Position numbers and translations under genes: made by a program | NCBI GenBank assembly: GCA_012295275.1 | Contig: CM022678.1 | Location: 15,996,001-16,060,000 of the forward strand | Source of the DNA: Chrysomallon squamiferum | Lineage: Eukaryota > Animalia > Mollusca | Reading direction: 5' to 3' | Length of the DNA: 64,000 bases | The notes under the pieces: model-generated | Databases searched by the model: none | Told to the model about the DNA's origin: nothing | Seen by the model: the letters and a program-made list of their open reading frames with translations, nothing else | In this document: piece by piece, positions 58,228 through 64,000 of the stretch | How positions within the stretch are numbered: the first letter of the stretch is position 1 | Layout: every line of letters begins with the position of its first letter

Positions 58228-60239
58228 CATCCTTATCCTCATGAACCTTCGCATCATCGTATAACACTTTTTACCAGAAAATTATCTTCATTTATTTCGG
58301 TTATATGTATAACAATCTGCTGTCACTTAGTGGTTAGAATGGTAAATAAATTATTTTCGATAGAAAATAATTTATCACGTTACGTAACAAGAACATGGTT
58401 ACGTATAACGTCACAATTCCACTATGTAATTCACTTTTCGTTGATTACCTCATGAAGAGTCGTGCCAAGTTGCAAACAGTTAATTATTTTTTTTTTCCTG
58501 TTACGTCACAGCAATGTTTCATTTAGAAGAATTAGGAAAAGAGACATTCCGCGCATGCTCTCGAACACGAAATTCTGTGAGATGATCAGGTGTTGCCTAG
58601 CAGCGCTGTCGATATTATAACAAAGTGATTATCGGTGTGTTGATATCGTTAATTACGTTACTGCCAGTTTTGGTTCAGTTACGTATCTTCACAAAAGGCA
58701 GTAATAAATGAAAACGACGTAATTTTCAATTTAATAAATGTTTACTTTTTGTTTTCTGATAGTATGTGACCAAAGATTCGTCGTTAGTAGTAACTGTGTT
58801 GTCGTAGTTTTCGTTTTAAAATGGCAATGGTATCGTTTTGGTAGCAGTAGTAGTAGCAGAATCAGAAGTGCTTGCGAAAATAGTTCTTGTTGCAGTAATA
58901 AAAGAATATTTTTAGTTTCAGTAATGGCAATATTAGAAGTAGATTTGTAATGGCATTAGTAGTAATCGTAACAGTAGTAGTAATAACTGTAATATTAGTA
59001 GTAATGATGTGATAATATGATATGACAATGGTAATTAATTTTTATGATGAATACATTTCTGTATGTTTCCATGTTTTGTATGGATTTGTTTATTCGCAGA
59101 TTTAAGAATTAACTTACACATATTATTTAGTTTTCATTATTGCTAGGTACGTGTGCAAATACGGGTGGGTGGTGTCTGCTTAGTAGGGGGTTGAGAATGT
59201 ACGTCGATTATTTTCAGGTTTTAGGTTAATCCGTTGGTAAATACACTACTACCCTCTTTTCACGCTAACACACCAAATACACAAACAGATGAAAGAAAGA
59301 AAAAGTAATAACAAGGACAAAAAACGGTGTCTCGAGCTGAAATTACTAACTAAATACAATGAATTTTCTGAAATATCACTCAGTTATTGAAGTTATGTGT
59401 AATACTGATGTTAGCCAATGGGAAAATACCCAAACATACACCACTTCAGTTACAAATGATTGATAGGAGCGAATTTCCTGTTGGCTTATACTGTAAGTGT
59501 AACAGTCAGTAAATTCTATTGGTTAATGAGTGTGTTACGTTGTAATAATAACATCTGCCTTGGATACGGAAAGGTTAAGCCTCATGATTCCGTGCTGAAG
59601 GCAATGTGTTCGCATCTGGCTACAGTTCTCATTCGGAATTAACTAACGAGAAGCCTCCTATCAACAAATAAACAACAGTTCACGCACACACATACACACG
59701 CACACGCACACACAATCCAGATTAACTGAAGAAAAGGAAAAGAAAAAGAAAAACAGAAAACACCAGATTTTTCTATAAAGATATATGTAAAGATAATAAT
59801 GCTGAAACTGTCATGGGAAATTCATACAGAGGTCCTCAGATATTATGGGACGAAATTACAAAGTACGTTACATCCTGTTTTATTTTTTTAAATGAATTTT
59901 GGTGAACGTTTCTCGCCATGATTATAAAGATAGTATAATAAACAAGCCAAAGTTATTTAAATTATTGTTCAAGTTTTATTTATGTTTCTGTTCTTTTTAA
60001 TCATTCTCATGCTGTCTTAGCTATGTTTTTTTGTTAGTTTTTTTCTTCATATCTCTCTTTCTCTTGTGACAAAATATGTGAAGTTTAAAATTAGTAGCTT
60101 CCTGGTACATGATTGATAAACCTGCTTTGGCTAATCATACCACAGTTCAGCACGAAATGAAACGAATGTATATTATAGGTTCTGAAAGCGCGCCAAGAAT
60201 CTGTTTGAAAAGAGCAAAATGTGACAAGCATTAAAAAAA

Positions 60240-60372
<133 letters not shown>

Positions 60373-60885
60373 ACACTTACATTCACAACAGACACAAACA
60401 CACACTATATAAACTCAAATCTTTATTAAAATTAATTCGGAGTACATCATTATATCCACCATCTTAACGTATAATACCTTCCGTATTATTCTTACACATA
60501 TCTCGTATATGTATCCAGTGACATCAAAACAAAAAAACAAGCAGATATAAACAATGTCAATCGAGCCTTTGATCTCCTATTCCCAAGTGTATCGTTATTT
60601 TTCTTACCATTCGACAAGAACAATTTATTTGCATTATGATGTTACCTGCAAGGTGTGGAAATCTCAATTCCCAGGTACGTCATCAAATTTCCAAGAATCA
60701 AATCAGCGATGAATAACGTCTTATTTTTTATTAATTTAAATGTTTCCTTCGCTTTCTTCTTGTAGATTTATTTTAGTTGCTGCGTTTTATATGTATGTGT
60801 GAGTATGTATTGATTGTTTTGTGTGCTGTATGTATCAATGTATGTATGGATGGATGGATAGATGGATATATACACTCACATCTAT

Positions 60886-60933
<48 letters not shown>

Positions 60934-61278
60934 GCAAGCATTATAATGGTTTGTATGGACACTTCACCATTTCGTCTCTTTTCCCATTCTAACCAGTCTC
61001 CCCGAATCGTTTGTTCAAAGATATAAAAATATATGTCTTATTAAATACATGGCAAGTTTTATATAAAAGACAACTTGGAGCTAACCAGAAGAAACTAAAT
61101 AAAGTGGAATGAGCGAGATTCTTCTCTGATGTAATATAAATAAATAGACATAAAACTAAAATCTTCAGACCTTATTATCACTGGCATTAAATAACAGTGT
61201 ATTTCATAATAACAAATGAATATATTTAAATTCTAAACTCGTTTGTTTTACTGTGAGTCCACTAAGTTGCGTTTTTAA

Positions 61279-61309
<31 letters not shown>

Positions 61310-62770
61310 GTTATTATTATTATATAATTTTTTTTTTCAAAAGTCCGAATCCAAAAATCTTCGATATGTTTTCCCTGTACCGAGAAGGCCAATATATCCC
61401 ACTGAAATTTTATTATGAACTGCAGCGAATACATTTCGTTATGATACAGCTAATTGTTTTATAACCGGTGATATAAACCTATAGCTGTTTGTATATGTGT
61501 GCGTTTATATTTAAATTTCGGTTCTATTGAAAGGAGTGACAACCAAACAACCAAGTGGTAGGTGAACAAATGCAGAGGGAAGCGAGGCTTGCAGCTGCTG
61601 TCAGGAGACATGGAATTGTCCCTTTCAATGGACACCTTCGTTCAATAGAGCAGAATTTTAGCATTTCAGTTCAAGAAATGTAAACGAGTATGAAGTGGAA
61701 GATAAGTTGATGGAGAACAAGAACTGTAAACAAGTTTAAAATATATTAACAAATGAGTGGTTCTATTTTTTAAAATAAAATCTTAATTTTTTTTTTAAAA
61801 TAATTTTAATAATTTTTTTTTTTAAATAAAATTTTAATTATACTTTGTCACTCCATCTTTATGTCACTCCTTTAATACGGTATTTATGTCACTCCTTTGT
61901 TATGACCCTCCTATGAAATGTCCCTCCTTCGATACAGACCCCTTATGTTGATACCAGCAAGAATTCTGTTACGTGAGACGTATGTGTAAAAACATTCGTA
62001 GTCAAGTTACGCAAATCTGTTTATTGTATTGAGTAAACACTCGTCTCCACTAACGTCTAACAGTTGCATTGTTTCTGTTTCTGTGCTGTGGGTGATTTGA
62101 TTGTTTTGTTAGTTCAGTGTATTGCAGTATAAAACTGACGCGTTGATACAAGAACACAAAAGGAAACAAAGCGGTATTTCATTATCATGGTTAGATGGGT
62201 TTGTATAACCATGTAACTGATAAGACAAAAAAAAAAAAAAAACACACACAAAAAAAAACGTAGTCTACGTAGTCTGTTTGTAGTTTTAATTGTGTTCAAG
62301 TGACGCGGAACGAAAGGTGTGTATGTTCTTAAGATTAAAAAACCAAAAAAAAAAAAAAAAACCAGATTGTAATATATTTCTTCTGTTTAAGTTAAAAATT
62401 AATAAGGCTAGAAAAAATACTGTAATAATTATAAAGGAAGGTAGTTTTACATGTGTGTCATATGTGTTTAGGGAGAGAGAGAGATAGGGAGAGGGGGAGA
62501 GAGAGAGCGGGAGGGGAGAGTTGGAGGGAGAGAGATGGAGACGGGAGGGGGAGGAGGAGAATGAGAGAGGGGGGAAGAGGGATAGACTGTTTCTCTGCGT
62601 GTGTTGGCAATGATGTAAACGTTTGTATCAGTATAAGTGCATACTGTTTTTGAATGCGTATTTTATTAGATACTGAAAGTGTGAAAGAGAGAGAAAGATT
62701 GAACAAATAAAAAATAAAATGAATAGAAGAAGAATGAGAAGAAAAGAAACACACACACACACATATACAC

Positions 62771-62803
<33 letters not shown>

Positions 62804-63224
62804 CACACACACACACACACACATACACACACACACACACACATACATATATATTATTTACGATGGAAGTATGTGAGATCAGTAAAAAAAAAAAACTGGA
62901 AAGTTATATATTTATTTATTAAGAAATTTTTTTTTTTTCTTTTCGTAAATATTAACTAAATATATTTACAACAGAAAAGTAATACAAGAATTCGTGCTAC
63001 ATCCTAACGATAAAACGTATCCATTAAGCTTTGCGTCTTAGAATCTAAGGGAAACAACTCTTCAGAAAAGAATGGACTGAACTAGACCAGAGTTATGTAC
63101 CTTTGAAATTACTTTTTTGTTTTCTCTCCGATGATAATGTGCCTCAGGATCAGTTTGAAAAACATCAACAGATATTCTTACGTGTCTGTCTTAAGAGGCA
63201 TATGAAGATGCACGAGTTCTAATA

Positions 63225-63720
<496 letters not shown>

Positions 63721-64000
63721 TTATTTATTTGATGTTTGTTTATCCAGTGTGTTAGCGTTATATAAACATAAAAAAGTTTATAATACTAAAGAGAAAGAGA
63801 ACAAAAAAGAGAGAGAAAATAAATAAAGAAAAAAGTGGCAAAATAATAAAAAGTAAGAAAAGAAAGAAAAAAGGAAAAAACAAACTAAATATTAAAAAAA
63901 AAAAACATGGACCCTGGTGTGAAAATCTGTGAATTTACATAATTACAACATTCCATTTAAAACTAGTACAACCAACCCCACGTGGCTGTTTTATTAACCT

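Overview
Very AT-rich, microsatellite-dense eukaryotic (animal, probably invertebrate; mollusc/cephalopod-like, taxon is only an inference) genomic DNA. The one gene I can support is a minus-strand DCDC2-like gene (two doublecortin domains plus the conserved C-terminal 'DEGxFK...ETxGAxEV...VDxPxDQ' motif), running from ATG 45642 down to about 5.6 kb. I rebuilt eight clean GT-AG exons with matching phases by hand. The fourth coding exon (core of DCX domain 2, about 11720-11995) is present only as fragments interleaved with a 41-bp minisatellite made from its own splice acceptor, and degenerate copies of its donor end lie on the other side; an assembly/polishing artefact is at least as likely as real biology. 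The promoter carries RFX X-box and forkhead-type motifs, and more X-boxes lie in the introns. CpG is scarce across the gene body and common upstream of about 45.2 kb, which looks like a gene-body methylation footprint. The rest is intron/intergenic DNA with many mini- and microsatellites; almost all ORFs in the supplied track are repeat artefacts. I found no prokaryote-type system, CRISPR array, RNA gene or intact transposon, and no convincing novel system.
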